A stretch of DNA of 63,707 bases, filler included, from Saprolegnia diclina VS20 (GCF_000281045.1; 5 parts of 3 records of this genome joined end to end with filler, not necessarily neighbours in it); one strand, 5' to 3'. Numbered from the whole stretch's first letter, positions 11,619 through 24,051 are shown. Program-made: numbers and translations. Notes: generated by a model not told the origin, from the letters alone.

Positions 11619-14134
11619 CTAACCCTGCAGGACATGCGGCGTGAGCTCCGGGTGAATGGGCAAGTCCGAGTCGAGGCTCTTGCGCGCCGCCATCTAAGCA
11701 CAAGAACTCTCTTAGCGCGCTCAATATTTGCAGAACCCGCTGTACCATGCCCATGTGTGCGCTCTGCACAACATCGTGACCCTTGAGCATCCCATAGATC
11801 GTGCCGCCCACAAAGCTATCGCCTAACCACCATACTGAGCTTCAGAGCCAGACGCCAGAATGGTCGACGCACCGGCACCGGTGCAGTTCCAGACGCTCTT
11901 CGGGGTCCCCGGGAGGTACACGATCGAGAGCGGCGGCGAGAGGCAGCTGCCGTAGTGAACACCGCCCGGCGGCAACTGGCGGACCGTGTCGGTCGTTGCA
12001 ACGACGGCACCGTCCTTGCCCATCGTCACGAGCACGTGCACCGGCTTTTTCTTCTCCGAGTGCATGACCTTGGCGACTAACACCACATCTTATTTGCATC
12101 CCACAGACAGTTCATACCCGTGAGGAGGTCCGTGACGATGCCATCCACGAGTGGGATGTGGCGCTGGCCTTTTGGCACGTTGAACGCAGCATCGACTGTC
12201 GTCCACTGCGAGTGGCCTTCGTCGTCGACTAGCGCACGCGCCATGGCCGCGAGCTCGTCCGAGTTGGGCGAGATGGCGTGGACACGGGGGAGCGCGCCGG
12301 CGTGGACGACCCGGCGCGCCTTCTCGACCGACGTCGGCTCAAACCACAACAGCGGGACGGTTGCCGCAGCAACCTTGGCCATCGTCGTTGCCGAGAGATT
12401 GCCGTCGAAGACGACTGCCTTGGTCGACGGCGACGTCCACTCCGCTACGTCCTAATCAACCACATGATATGCTCGTCGCGTCGGTAGCCACGTACAAAGT
12501 CATCCATGGCTTCGGCGATCGACATGTCGGCGATCGCAACCTCGAGGTTCCCAGCGCCGTTGAGCATCGCACAATATGTGGCCGTCGCGTGGGCAGCCGG
12601 CGTTGCAATGCCGGCGGTGCTCATGCCAATGGCCTGCAGCTGCTGAAGGAGGCTCGCGCCTGCAGCATCCCGACCCACGTTTGACACGAGGAGCGTGGTG
12701 ACGTTGAGGCGATGGAGGCACTCGGCAATGTTGCGCCCGACGCCTAATCAACGCAATTGAGCAAAAAAGGACGCTATTGAGTGTTATCTACGTACCACCC
12801 CACGTTTGCTTGGTGTGGCCAATGTTGGACGTGCCATGCACAAACTGGTCCGACGGGCGCGAAATGATGTCGAGCACCGTGCCGCCAACCACCACCACGT
12901 CCGAGTCGACGGCGTTCGAGGGCAACGGCGTCGCGCTTGCTTTGAGCGCCACAGCAATCTACACGAGACGCTCTGGGCCCGTAGAGACCGCGGTTCGCGT
13001 ACCTTGGCGCCAATCACGGCGTTGTGCTCGACGAGCGCAATGTTGGACGTGAGCGACTCGCCCTTGGTAAGCTCTAAACGCAAATTATGGCTATGGCGCA
13101 TTTCGTAGCATGCGTGTACCGTTGATGCGCTTGAGAAGGAAGGGTGTGACGGCGTTGCCTGTGATGTTGTTTTCCTTGGCCTGCGCGAGGCCCGACTCGA
13201 TCGCGTGCGTAATGACGTTAGCGTCCGCGGGCGCAGGGTTGGGCACCGCAACGACAAACCCATTCGGGAGGCCCAGGTTCTTGCTCGTCGCAATGAGCTT
13301 GGCGATCGCACCGGGCGTGTCGAGACGGACGTGCGCTTTGGAGCCGCTCGTCGTCGTGAAAAACGCAGGAAATTCACTGGTGCCATAGCCCACAACCGGC
13401 ACCGCCTACGCACCCCAATATGGGCTCTCCACGCGTAGTTATTACGAGTCGTACGTTTGTCTCGAGGAATTCCAGCGTCTTGGGGATATCAAGGATCGAC
13501 TTGACGCCGGCGCAAATCACCGCGACAGGCGTCCGGGAGAGCTCCATCAAGTCGGTGGAGATGTCTACCAGAGCGCATAAGCACCAACATGGTATTCGCA
13601 CTCGTTGTCGCACCGAGTGTTTCTTCGCAAAAGCGATGGACGCCGCCAATGCCACCCGTCACAAAGACGTCGATGCCGGCTGCATGCGCAATGCGCCTAC
13701 GCACAAGGTTGCATGATACGACCCAAGGAAGCGGATGCGTACATGGTACTCGAGACGGTCGTTGCGCCCGTGCCATTTGAGGCGACGACAGACGCAATGT
13801 CACGCGTCGAGCACTTGGTGGCCTTGGCGCCGAGCGATGCCAGCGTGTGCAGCTGGCTGTCGGCGAGGCCGACGCAGATCTCGCCATCGAGGATCGCAAT
13901 CGTCGCGGGACACGCGCCGTTCTCGCGCACAATGGCCTCGACCTTGGTCGCCATCTCAAAGTTCTGCGGGAACGGCATGCCATGGCTAATGATCGTCGAC
14001 TCGAGGGCGACGATGGGCTTGCCGTCCCGGAGCGCAGCTTCGACTTCGGGGCTCATCTTGAGCTGGTGCATGGCGCGCGTGCTGTGGCGGGCGAGCGGCG
14101 CATGGAGGCGGCGCCGGGTCAAAGAGCGAAGCAT
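11619..14134 (-). CDS. Bifunctional pseudouridine-5'-phosphate glycosidase (PsuG/IndA) + pseudouridine kinase (PfkB family), multi-exon
   Basis: PsuG motifs [52 protein letters not shown]. PfkB motifs [29 protein letters not shown]. Many short GT-AG introns; last exon MAARKSLDS...VLQG* ends at 11619. Confidence 0.92.
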
Positions 14135-14521
14135 TGGCGTCCGACGAGTGCTTTTCAGATGTGTCAAGATCACCGCACGACCCTTTTGGAGGGACCCCCT
14201 ACCCAAGTTCAAGGTCCGGACGCTGCTGATTGGCCAACGCAGTACATCCCGACCTTGCAACTCACTCGACGGCTGGATCGCCACAAATCTGGCGCACGCA
14301 AGCGCCGCGAGAGAAGGCTGCTGCGGTGTAGCCATGCTCGGAAGCAGAATACCTCGTGAGAGACATGCGTCTGCGAGCCTCTTTGTACAATTACCGCGTG
14401 CGTCAAGCGTCCATAGCAGTAGCCACCTCGATGCTACCGGCTCTGTCGCCCACTCTGTCGTTGCCGTTGTGCGTTGTATGTAGTCACAGACTCTGTCTAA
14501 AACATACGTTGTTGCATGGCT

Positions 14522-15526
14522 TTACAAGGCCTGAAAGTCGGTCGAGAACTGCGCGATCTTTTGCGCGACGGCGAAGTGGAGGCCGCACGTCTTGCTCGTG
14601 ACGGCGGCGTGGACGGCTTGGGCCTCGATGGCGTCCGACGGCTTCTTGTCGTACGAGCACTGCATCTCGTAGTCGCCGTCGTTGCCAATGTCATGGCACT
14701 TGAGCTTCCCCTTGGCGTTCAGTCCGACCGTCTCCCACTCGAGCGTAAATTCAAAGTCAAAGAGAAACCTATTTGTTTTGAGCACGCGGCAGAACAACAT
14801 ATATTGCAGGACGTACCGCTTCTTGCCGCGGATGACGCACACAGAGGCGTCGCCCTTGAGGTCCTTTACAGGCTTGGTTCGGATCGTCGTGCTCGAGTGC
14901 AGCACTTCGACGCTCGAGAGGAGCTCTTCGAGGCGACCCTATATAGCGAATTAGAAGAGGATAGCAGACGCCATGGATACCTTGGCCCACTTGGTGAAGT
15001 CGCGCTGCTCAAAGGTGCCGGCCGTGTTCCACGCCGACCCGTCGTGTGCCGGCGCCACTACCTCGACCTCTTCAATCTTCTTGGGCGCAATGTCGCCAAT
15101 GAGCGCCTTCTCGTGCTCCGACTGCTCGCGGTGGAAGTACGGAAGCCCGTTCTTGTAGCCCTTGGCGTTCTCGATGGATTCGTCTTCGACAACGACTTCG
15201 GTCTTGGCCGGCTTGGCCTTGGCCGCGGATGTCGTCGTCGTCGTCGCAGCCTTGGTCGTCGACGTCGCAGCCGTTGACGACGTTGGCGTAGGCTTGGACG
15301 CAGCCAGCTTCTTGGGCTCCTCGGGCTTCTTACAAATGCGCTTGTGGTAGGCCCAGTCGCTGGTTTGGCACGCGCGGTGGCAGTACGTGGCCTTCTTGCA
15401 GACAGAGCACTTGAGCTTGGCGCCTGTCGTGCCGCAGTTGCGGCAGTCCGCGCCTGGCGCCTCGTCGGCGTCCGAGATCTTGTCGAAGCGCGAGTAGTCG
15501 TTGGCGTCTGCCTTCTTCGTGGCCAT
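14522..15526 (-). CDS. MYND zinc finger + Aha1 (Hsp90 ATPase activator) N-terminal-domain protein, 3 exons
   Basis: MYND: CRNC..CSVCKKATYCHRACQTSDWAYHKRIC. Aha1_N: SAWNTAGTFEQRDFTKWAK|GRLEELL...GDASVCVIRGKKR|FLFDFEFTLEW. One intron is 14980-14939. Confidence 0.82.
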
Positions 15527-16036
15527 TGCGTTGAGGTTGTGATGGCCAATATCATCCGCGCCCTCGCTCCCTCGGTTTAACGACATTTCGTCCACCTCAT
15601 GTTATAACTCCACAAATCCAGGATCATAACAGGCCAGCGAGAGATAGATTTACGTATCTATTTTAATAGAAGACCCACTTCAACAACAACAGGCCAGCGA
15701 GCCTTGGCGGGATGACCGCTGCAGACCTCATCGTGGCGCACGGTTGTGGGCCATGTTTGATGACAGAGCGACCACTGTAAGCCTATGGTGTGCGAATACA
15801 CAGGCTAGCACCACCTGGCCTCCTAACTCATGACGATATGCCAGCACACAGTGTGGACTGTTATAACACAAGTCCGCATTGTTTCCGGATGACGTGGCAC
15901 GCTATCCGGTGTCGTAGAAAATTCGAGATTGCACGCGGGATCACAAGAGCGTTCCCATTTGACGACGCCACGGCCCATCCCATGCACCCTCGACGTCTAT
16001 CAAAGATGCAGTTGTATTACTACAGTACTAGACCGA

Positions 16037-17557
16037 CTAGACGCGGGCCGTCCCGTAGCTGCCTTCTTCGTGCAGGAGCTGCGAGCCTTCGTGGACACTC
16101 TGACGGCGCGGCTTGAGGTTCAGCGTGCCGCTACCGTAGCGCATCCAGTAGAGCGTGATGGCACCGAGGACAACGGCAAGGCCGGGCACGAGGCAGTAGA
16201 TCTGGCGCACAAAGTACGCGTCCGCGAGCGCGTCGTTCGTGAGCGCCTGGCGCGCGTTCTGGATGAGGAGCACCGCAATGCCGTTGGAGATCTTGTCGGT
16301 GAAGCTCATGGCACCGTACACGAACGCGCCCGACTCGTTCTGGTCGCCGACGAGGTCGCCCTCGAGGCAGACGCTCGTGACCATGACGACGCTTTGGCCA
16401 AAGCCGAGAAGCGTCGAGAGCGGGTAGATCCAATGCGACGTCTCGATCGTGAGGTACCAGCTCGCAATGAGCGAGAGAACCATGAGCCCGGTACCGAAGG
16501 CGAACGTGCCTTCGCGGCCCATGCGGTCGTTCATGTAGCGCATGCCAAACGTCGCGACAAAGCCCGAGAGGTAGACGAGCAGCGGCACGATCGCCATCGA
16601 CGCCGCGTTCATGTGCAGCGAGATCGTGAGGAAGAACGGAATGTACACTTGGGTCACGTTGACGCTGAGGCGCGTGCACATGTAGACCATGCCGACTTCA
16701 TAGAACATGCACACTTTGAACCAGCACTTCCACGTCATGGCGGTCGCGGTCGCAAACACGGGTGTCATCGGCGCGAGGTCGGCCTCAAACGGCATATCGG
16801 CCGGGCCGCGGTGGCCGTGGTCCAGCACCGCGGGGCTGTTGCGGCGCGCGCGCAGCGATTGGATCTCGGCGACATTGGTCGGGCCGCACTTTTCTTCGGT
16901 GCCAATGAGAAAGTAGAATGTGCAGAGGCCGCCAACGACCATCGTAAAGATCGTTAGCAGCGTAAACTTGAGCTGGTCGGGCACGTTGTACGGCGAGACG
17001 TCGTGCAAGAGGAAGAAGAACGCGATGAAGACCATGACGTTGGAGAGGATCGTGAACGCATACCGGACGCTGTTGAGGATCACGCGGATGTTGTCGTTGG
17101 ACGAGAGCTCCGGTACCATGGCCATGTGCGACACTTGGACTGCCGCCCACCCGACATTGAAGAGACTCGCAGCCGTGCAATAGTAGAGCACGAGGACCGT
17201 CGACGACGGCGCGTCGGTAAACCAGCGCGGGAGGCAGGCGCCAAACACAAAGAAGAAGCAAAGCATGACGAGCACGCAGCCGCCAGCGTTCCACGTCTTG
17301 CGGCGACCAAAGCCAATGGACGGGAACCCCGTCGAGCGGTCCGAGAGCACGCCGACGAGTGGCGTCGCAATGCCGTCGGCGATTTGGCCCGAAAACATCA
17401 CGATCGCGCCATCGACGGGGCTGAGCTTCGCCACGTCGTTGAGGAAGACGAGGAGGTAGCTAAACCAGGAGGACGCGCACATGTCGTTGAGAACATTGCC
17501 AACGCCGTAAGACAAGATCTTGGCGGTCGTCCACTGCTTGGAGGACTTACTGGCCAT
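16037..17557 (-). CDS. MFS transporter, MFS_2/MelB-like, MFSD12-like (intronless, ~506 aa)
   Basis: About 12 hydrophobic segments. Motifs YGVGNVLNDMCASSWFSYLL, GQIADGIATPLVG, FNVGWAAVQVSHMAMVPEL and GAFVYGAMSFTDKISNG are typical of MFSD12. Confidence 0.9.
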   Translation of the reverse strand: MASKSSKQWTTAKILSYGVGNVLNDMCASSWFSYLLVFLNDVAKLSPVDGAIVMFSGQIADGIATPLVGVLSDRSTGFPSIGFGRRKTWNAGGCVLVMLCFFFVFGACLPRWFTDAPSSTVLVLYYCTAASLFNVGWAAVQVSHMAMVPELSSNDNIRVILNSVRYAFTILSNVMVFIAFFFLLHDVSPYNVPDQLKFTLLTIFTMVVGGLCTFYFLIGTEEKCGPTNVAEIQSLRARRNSPAVLDHGHRGPADMPFEADLAPMTPVFATATAMTWKCWFKVCMFYEVGMVYMCTRLSVNVTQVYIPFFLTISLHMNAASMAIVPLLVYLSGFVATFGMRYMNDRMGREGTFAFGTGLMVLSLIASWYLTIETSHWIYPLSTLLGFGQSVVMVTSVCLEGDLVGDQNESGAFVYGAMSFTDKISNGIAVLLIQNARQALTNDALADAYFVRQIYCLVPGLAVVLGAITLYWMRYGSGTLNLKPRRQSVHEGSQLLHEEGSYGTARV

Positions 17558-18472
17558 GCTGCTCAATGCTCGGTCGTGGCCAAATCAAAAAGTCCATCGC
17601 CGTCAAAACGGCCGTATCCGGATAAATGAGTATTTATATCCAAAACGGGTCACGCGACCTGCTACATTGTTCCAGTGACATTAAAAACTGCTCCATCGGG
17701 TGGCATGCCGGCCGCGTGTATCCGGAAACCTCTCTCTTTCGATAATTGCACTTTCCTGTGACCGGCGGCAGCGCGAGTGCGTGACATGCGTTTTCAGAGT
17801 CGACGCCGTCGCCTTCAACGAGGCACGGCGCTGGCGTTAGATACTTGGAGGCCAGAGCGTATATTCCGCGGGAGGAAGGGATGGCTACTTGCTTCAACGA
17901 GCATCTCGGACTCGACAAGAGCGATCTCGGAGCGCTACTAAGTATGGCAACGACACACCTTGTACACATACCGGGGAACGTACGTGCAGCGTAAACAGAA
18001 AGTCGGATGCGCAATCGGTCTTACATTATTGGTCGCAACGCCGTGGCTTTGCACTGCGCCACGTGACGCTACGTACGAATTACCTTGTTACGTCCATTCA
18101 CGACCCAGCAAGTGATCGCGAACGGTTATCAATGCAAGCAATTGGCGGTGTTACTTCAAGTGGTACTGGATAGTGCAATTACTATCCGACGGCGGGGCGA
18201 GACCCATTGCAAAGCCACTCCAGCCATTGGATTTTGACCGCACCCGCTGATGATCTAGCGGGCATGGATCACATTGGATCACGCAAAATGAACGCGATGT
18301 TGCGCCGCGACGCTTCTTGAACGATTATTGTTCCAACGAATAGATGCCTTTGTCCACCACAGGATTCCGAGCTGCGTTGCTGGACGCGCGACCGATTATT
18401 CATTCTACTTCAGGACACGCTGTGCAGGAACAGGTGCAGGTTACTTGATGCCATGTACTCGGAAGTGATTAA

Positions 18473-19436
18473 GGCTTCGTTCGGTTGGCCATTAATGGAC
18501 TTATTTCGCCATTATTGACCCCATCCACGATTATTTTTGGAATAATCGATTATCGTGATAATTGATAGCGTTCGGTAGGATTTTTTGGAATAAGCGCTCA
18601 TAACGCCGTTATTCAAAAATTGGGGTCTGAGGAATTTCTGGTTCATTATTGCTTGGTTTTAGGATTATCCGAAACAAAGCCTCGCTGATTAGGCCTGAAA
18701 AAAGGCAGTCTATGACAGCCACGCGTTTCTTCCATTCGACTCATTCTTCATTTGTCGTCATGCAAGCAAGATCGTCACGAAGCGCGGCGGCCATGGCGGC
18801 ATGTACTCGTTGCGCTCCTCCATGAACCCATCTCATGTCCTTCATCCATCCAGACAGAGACCACGTCTACTGCGAGCTACTCGAGGCTTGTAGCGAGGTG
18901 CGCTGGGCGCAGGTAGCGGGCAGGGCCCATGCAGCGATCTCGATCTTATTGCGCGCGTGGAGGAGTGAGGTCTTCGTCTACTGTACCTAGTGGTCGCAAG
19001 GTTGGCGCAGGACATAAGTGTTGCTCATGGCTCTCTACATCATGACCAACAAGACGCACGCCGATGGGCGGGAGCGCTTTCAGCACGCATAAGTCGACGA
19101 CGAGGGCTAGTCTCTGGACGATCGCACACACCGATATGGCATGACTCCGAGCGCAAGAGCTAGTGCAATGCAACCATGGTCACGCGTGACTGCGTTGCCT
19201 CCACCCCGTGGACCCAGTACTTGGACGATCGATGGCTGGCACGCCTGCCGCCAGTCGTTTGACCTGGCTTTCACCAAGGACCGAGTCCTTGATGAGCGTG
19301 GAATAATTGCTCTTGGCGAACCGAACGAGATTTGGTCGATAATGGACCTGCAAACCCAATTCTCATTTACGCAATCATTAATAATGGCGATTTCGATAAT
19401 CGATTAAAAAATAATTGCCGCGAACCGAACGAAGCC
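18473..19436. mobile_element. Non-autonomous PIF/Harbinger (Tourist-like) DNA transposon
   Basis: Perfect 14-bp TIRs GGCTTCGTTCGGTT (18473-18486) and AACCGAACGAAGCC (19423-19436), flanked by a TAA direct repeat (18470-18472 and 19437-19439). The AT-rich subterminal regions share inverted motifs (TCGCCATTAT, TAATCGATTATCG). No transposase ORF seen. Confidence 0.8.
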
Positions 19437-19488
19437 TAACTCTTGTACTAGTACGATTTATCTCGTGGTGTTGCTTGTACGCGTCACC

Positions 19489-19588
19489 NNNNNNNNNNNN
19501 NNNNNNNNNNNNNNNNNNNNNNNNNNNNNNNNTTAATTAATTAANNNNNNNNNNNNNNNNNNNNNNNNNNNNNNNNNNNNNNNNNNNN
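19489..19588. other. Assembly gap with artificial TTAATTAATTAA six-frame-stop linker (also 42604-42703, 60526-60625, 62584-62683); plain N gaps at 38624-38723 and 40055-40871
   Basis: An identical 100-nt N44-TTAATTAATTAA-N44 cassette occurs four times. Confidence 0.97.
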
Positions 19589-20288
19589 ACCCTTTGACTT
19601 GGCGCCACGGTACGCCATGTCGACTCATCCCAGGTCTGTAGTTCGCTTGTGGTAGGCCTACGCTGTCGCTGCCAGCTCATGCCGTTCAAGACGGTACCAT
19701 CTACTACATTCCCAACTGGATTTCAGTCGAAGAAGAGTCCAGCGTCCTCGATCAAGTGCATGCAGCGGCGCCGTCGGCGTGGGTGCAGCTTAAGTACCGG
19801 CGCCTGCAGGTCTGGGGTGGCAGCGTCACAACGACATACGAGCCGGAGCCACTGCCTCGCTGGCTGCAGGCGCTGTCGAGTGGCCTCGTGGAAGCCGGTG
19901 TCTTTGCGGCCAGCGAGACACCCAATCACGCGCTCATCAACGGTGGGTCCATGCGTCGTTTCTCTATCTTGGGCTCAAGCAATGTCCTGTAGACTATGCT
20001 CCTGGCGACGGCATCTTGCCGCACGAAGACGGCCCGATGTACTACCCGCTCGTAGCCATTCTGAGTGCGGGCGCATCTGGGCGCATGACGTTCCAGCGCC
20101 ATCGTGAGACGACGCCAAACGATGTCCCGGTTCATTTGACGCTCGACCGACGCAGCCTCTTGGTCTTCACGGGCGAGGCGTACACCAAATACCTCCACAG
20201 CATCGACAACGTCGATGACGAGCACGGCGTCAACCATCGCATCTCGCTCACGATCCGCCACGTCCGTCCACCGTCTACGGCGTGCTAA
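19589..20288 (+). CDS. ALKBH6: AlkB homolog 6-like 2OG-Fe(II) dioxygenase (5' end lost in the gap)
   Basis: Spliced reading IYYIPNWISVEEE..WVQLKYRRLQVWGG..PNHALIN|DYAPGDGILPHEDGP..YLHSI..RISLTIR contains the HxD, H and RxxxxxR motifs. Confidence 0.88.
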
Positions 20289-20335
20289 GATGTGGCCTTC
20301 TTGGTTGTTTCTATCGCTTTGCTTCCCGGTTTTTC

Positions 20336-20752
20336 GAGCGCAGGTGCGAGTACTGGAAAGCCTTAAAAAATTGCGTGTGGCCCAGGTGGTATTCAACGCA
20401 CTGAACGCCATATTTGGCGCCAAAAATATTGTTTGAAAGGTCCTAAATACAAAAACTAATATTCTCCATCGCGTGATTGCATTGCGGTCAACTAACTTCT
20501 TGCCTACTTGCATCGATGCAGCGCAGGTAGCTAGTGCTACGGAGCATCGGCGATTGGTTTGAGTGCCAGGTCGTTTTCAACGCACTGAACGCCGTATTTG
20601 GCGCCAAAAATATTGTTTGAAAGGTCATGAATACAGAAACTAATATTCTCCATCGAGCGATCGCACTGCTTTGGATTTGATTTGTGCAAACTAGCATCGA
20701 TTGAGCGCAGGTGCGAGTGGTGGGACGCATTCGGAAATTGGGTGTGGCCCAG
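20336..20752. repeat. Diverged tandem repeat, period ~184 bp, ~2.3 copies
   Basis: TTCAACGCACTGAACGCC.TATTTGGCGCCAAAAATATTGTTTGAAAGGTC starts at 20392 and 20576. GAGCGCAGGTGCGAGT recurs at 20336 and 20703. Confidence 0.85.
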
Positions 20753-21469
20753 AGGGTTGACGTCCTGAAAAGTCGATTTGTTTTAATGGGAAAGGGACAA
20801 TAGACGCTTGGAAAGCGATAATTACAACGACCAACTCCTCTCTTCAAGTTGCCACGAAGGTTGTAACTGCGTCGTGGTTGGCGCCAAATTGACCGTGGCG
20901 ACTTCCAGATGGAATCCGGATGACTAGCTTGGCAACAACACAAGCGCCGAGCTAGGCACCCACATCACCTACCTCATCACGTTCTATAGTACTCTCGATC
21001 GCTATTGGCGAGTCAGCACTTGTTCTCTCGTCCTTTCGTTCCTTGCTTCGCAACCGACGCCGCTCTTCCCTGTCATTAGCACGTGGCATTTGCGAATCTT
21101 GACCGGGCGTCGAGCGTCTCCTATGCTATCTGGCTACGATTCACAGCGACAGGTTGGTTCTGTAGTTAAGACAGAGCTCAAACTGGAGTACACTTTGCGA
21201 TGCTTTGACAAGAGCTTGATATATGCACGCAACGATTCCCCTGAGCAATCATCCGGCGTATCGCAATTGTTTGAATATTGGATTTTGCGTGCCACCGACA
21301 ACCAAGATTAACATGACAGTTCGCATTCGAGTTACGGTTACGAAGTACATTTGTGAGGACGATCCCGAAGAGTTGGCGAGCGTAATGCCTTCGTTCACAT
21401 CGACCGGTGAACTAGGGATCGGGAACGCAAAGTCGATGCTCGTGTGTCGAAGGTTCGCAAGGTCCAAGG

Positions 21470-21919
21470 GCCTCTACGACAAAACGAGAAATGAGATGTT
21501 GCAACGGGTGTAGGAACTAGTGCCGCGAAAGCATGGGGGCTGCTGGACTTCGCTGTAGATCTTGAGGGCATCAGCCATACTGAATTTGCTGTTGTGTCGC
21601 ATCGCGTTCTCAAAGCCTTCTTCATCATCGAGGTTGGCCGTGAGGTCCGGCGCCGGAAACCACTCTCGAATGAGCTCGTCCTGAGATGTCGCTGCCTACA
21701 TGTACGAAGGGTCGGCGTCGGTACATCTCGCACTTGTCGTACCGCGGCCGAGGCAGGTGTCGAGGACTCCGCCGCCTTCGCGGCCTTGACCTTCTTGGGC
21801 TTTGGCTCGCTGCACCTTGCACGGCTGCGCTGCGTGGACGCTTCGTCTTCTGTAAGCTTGAAGTAATTGCCCCGGCGCAGAGCAGATACATGCATGTGCA
21901 CCTTGGCGTCGTTGACCAT
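21470..21919 (-). CDS. Possible small intron-containing hypothetical gene (exon structure unresolved)
   Basis: ATG 21919 with CCAAT motifs upstream. GC3-rich segments read PKPKKVKAAKAAESS and QDELIREWFPAPDLTANLDDEEGFENAM. No family recognised. Confidence 0.3.
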
Positions 21920-22725
21920 GCTGCTGCGTCTGGGGCGATCGATCACAATGTGAACGTATATTGTTTCAAAATCGACCAATCAGAAGGCCAACGAAGCATA
22001 ATTTAATCCAATCAAATGGCGCGTCAGACTGTGGCAGCTCGTCTAAGATGCCACGCGAGATCCATGAGATACTGGACCTCGCTTGTGTGGCGCTGTCGAG
22101 GCCAAGCGTAAGCCTCACTACGCAAGGTCTCAGGACGGACAAAGATATGTTGCTTGTGAATCAATGAGCTATGAATAAAGACATCTTGCGGGTTGGACAA
22201 AAGCGGTGAACAGGCGAAGCGTCTCGCTAAACCGTCACGGCGACTGGCACATGGACGAAGATCCGACCATGCTCGCACGACGAGCAGTATACGTCATTCT
22301 ACCCTCGACATTGTGTCGACCCCAACAATTTGACTTGGCGCGAAACTGGTCAGGCTGCGCTGCATCGGGATTTCTTCCTCAAACGCAAAAGCAATTCGCA
22401 GGGTCTCTATTGAAGAGCTCACCCCGGCGCGGAGCTGCCGCAAGAATTCGTTGCGTCGCAACTTGCGTGATTCACAAAGACTACTGGCCTTTGTATGACA
22501 TGGGTCTTTACCCGACATTTGATGCCTTTCAAGATGAGTCGGACGGCTCTGTTTCTTGGCGATTTTCGGACTGCCACGTCATTAGTGTTGCGTGCTGCTA
22601 GCCTTAGTCGTTATGTCAGTCTTGACTGGCCTGCCCCTGATGTTTGCTGTACTTGTTTGGTTAGTCGTTTTTCGCCTCCCTAGGATACCGAATATTCATC
22701 CGGATACATTTGACAAGGCGGCAGG

Positions 22726-24051
22726 ATGCAGACGACGGTCGTGCTGGCCATGACGAGCCTCCTTGCTGTCTCGGCCATGGCGGCGTGGAACGCGCTGGAG
22801 CAAGCGAGCTTAGCGGCGTGCCCCTGCGCGGAGGCGTCGCTGTGCTTGCCTGTCGTTTCGGACCGCCGCTTTGAGGTGTTTGCGTTCTCGCCGTCAGGAG
22901 GCGACAACTGGCGCTACTACGACTACTCGGTGCTCACGACGATCGCATGGAACCTCGACAAGGGCTTGCTCTGCCACGCGCACGCCCATGGCGTCAAGAT
23001 CGTAGCGCTGCACAACTTTGAGCACGTCGACCAGCTCTGCAACGCGAGTGCGCGCCAGGCCTGGGTGCATGCCACGTACATAGCCATCGTGACCAACTAC
23101 GCTGACGGCGTCAACGTCGACACGGAAGCCGAAATCACACGCCACGACCACGCTGCCTGCTTGACGCTACTCTTGCAAGAGCTACGCGTCGAGCTGCAGG
23201 CGCATGCGTTCACACGCCACGCCCAGGTCCTTCTTTCTCCTGTTGTAGCCGTCTGCTCATTCAACTATAAACTAGATTACGTTTGACGTTGCGTGGTCGC
23301 CAAGCGGCGTCGACCAGCGCTACTACGACTATGCCGGTCTCGCCGCCGCTGCCGACTATGTCTTTGTCATGGCGGTATCGCAATTATCTCTCAACAGAAC
23401 AGAGGATGCTTGAATGCATCATGCACATGTAGTACGACATGCGCAGCCAGCTTTACGACCATTGCCTCGCCGGTGCCAACAGTCCGATCGCACAAGTCCA
23501 GCGCGGCCTCGACGATTACATCAATGGCGCTGAGGTGCCCAAGGCCAAGCTCCTTCTCGGGCTGCCCTGGTACGCCTACCAGTACCCGTGCCGCCACTAC
23601 GACCCAATCTCGGACCTCTGCTCGCTGTCCGCGGTACACTTTTTGTTTGTATGTTGTCCTTGTGATGGAACGTACTATGAAGGTACCGTTTCGCGGCGCA
23701 CCCTGCAGTGACGCGGCCGGCGTGCAACTCGACTACCACGACGTCCTAACGCAGCTCGATGCACCACCAACAACGCGGCGCTGGGACAACGTCACGGCGA
23801 CACCGTACTTTGTTCATCGTAACGCCACAGGCGGAATTTTTCAAACGTGGTACGACGACCCCGAGAGCCTACGAGCCAAATTTGCGCTCGCGGCAGACCT
23901 CGGCGGCCTTGGCATGTGGCACGTCGACGCCCTCGACTACTCGGGCAAGCACGCGCCAACAGCCTCGACGCTCGCCATGTGGCAAGTCCTCCACGACGCC
24001 GTGCCAAAAACCACCATCGCGATCGTCTCGGACCCCGTAGCGCTCGCATAA
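22726..24051 (+). CDS. CTBS: Di-N-acetylchitobiase (GH18), secreted/lysosomal, multi-exon
   Basis: Signal-peptide-like N-terminus, CPC...LC, catalytic DGVNVDTE, Q|ITFDVAWSP, LGLPWY.Y.YPC, VPFRGAPCSDAAG, WYDDPESL, GLGMW. Confidence 0.9.

Noticed and set aside
19533..19544. Recurrent TTAATTAATTAA palindrome (4 sites)
   Set aside because: Always centred in a 100-nt N cassette; it is an assembly linker, not biology.
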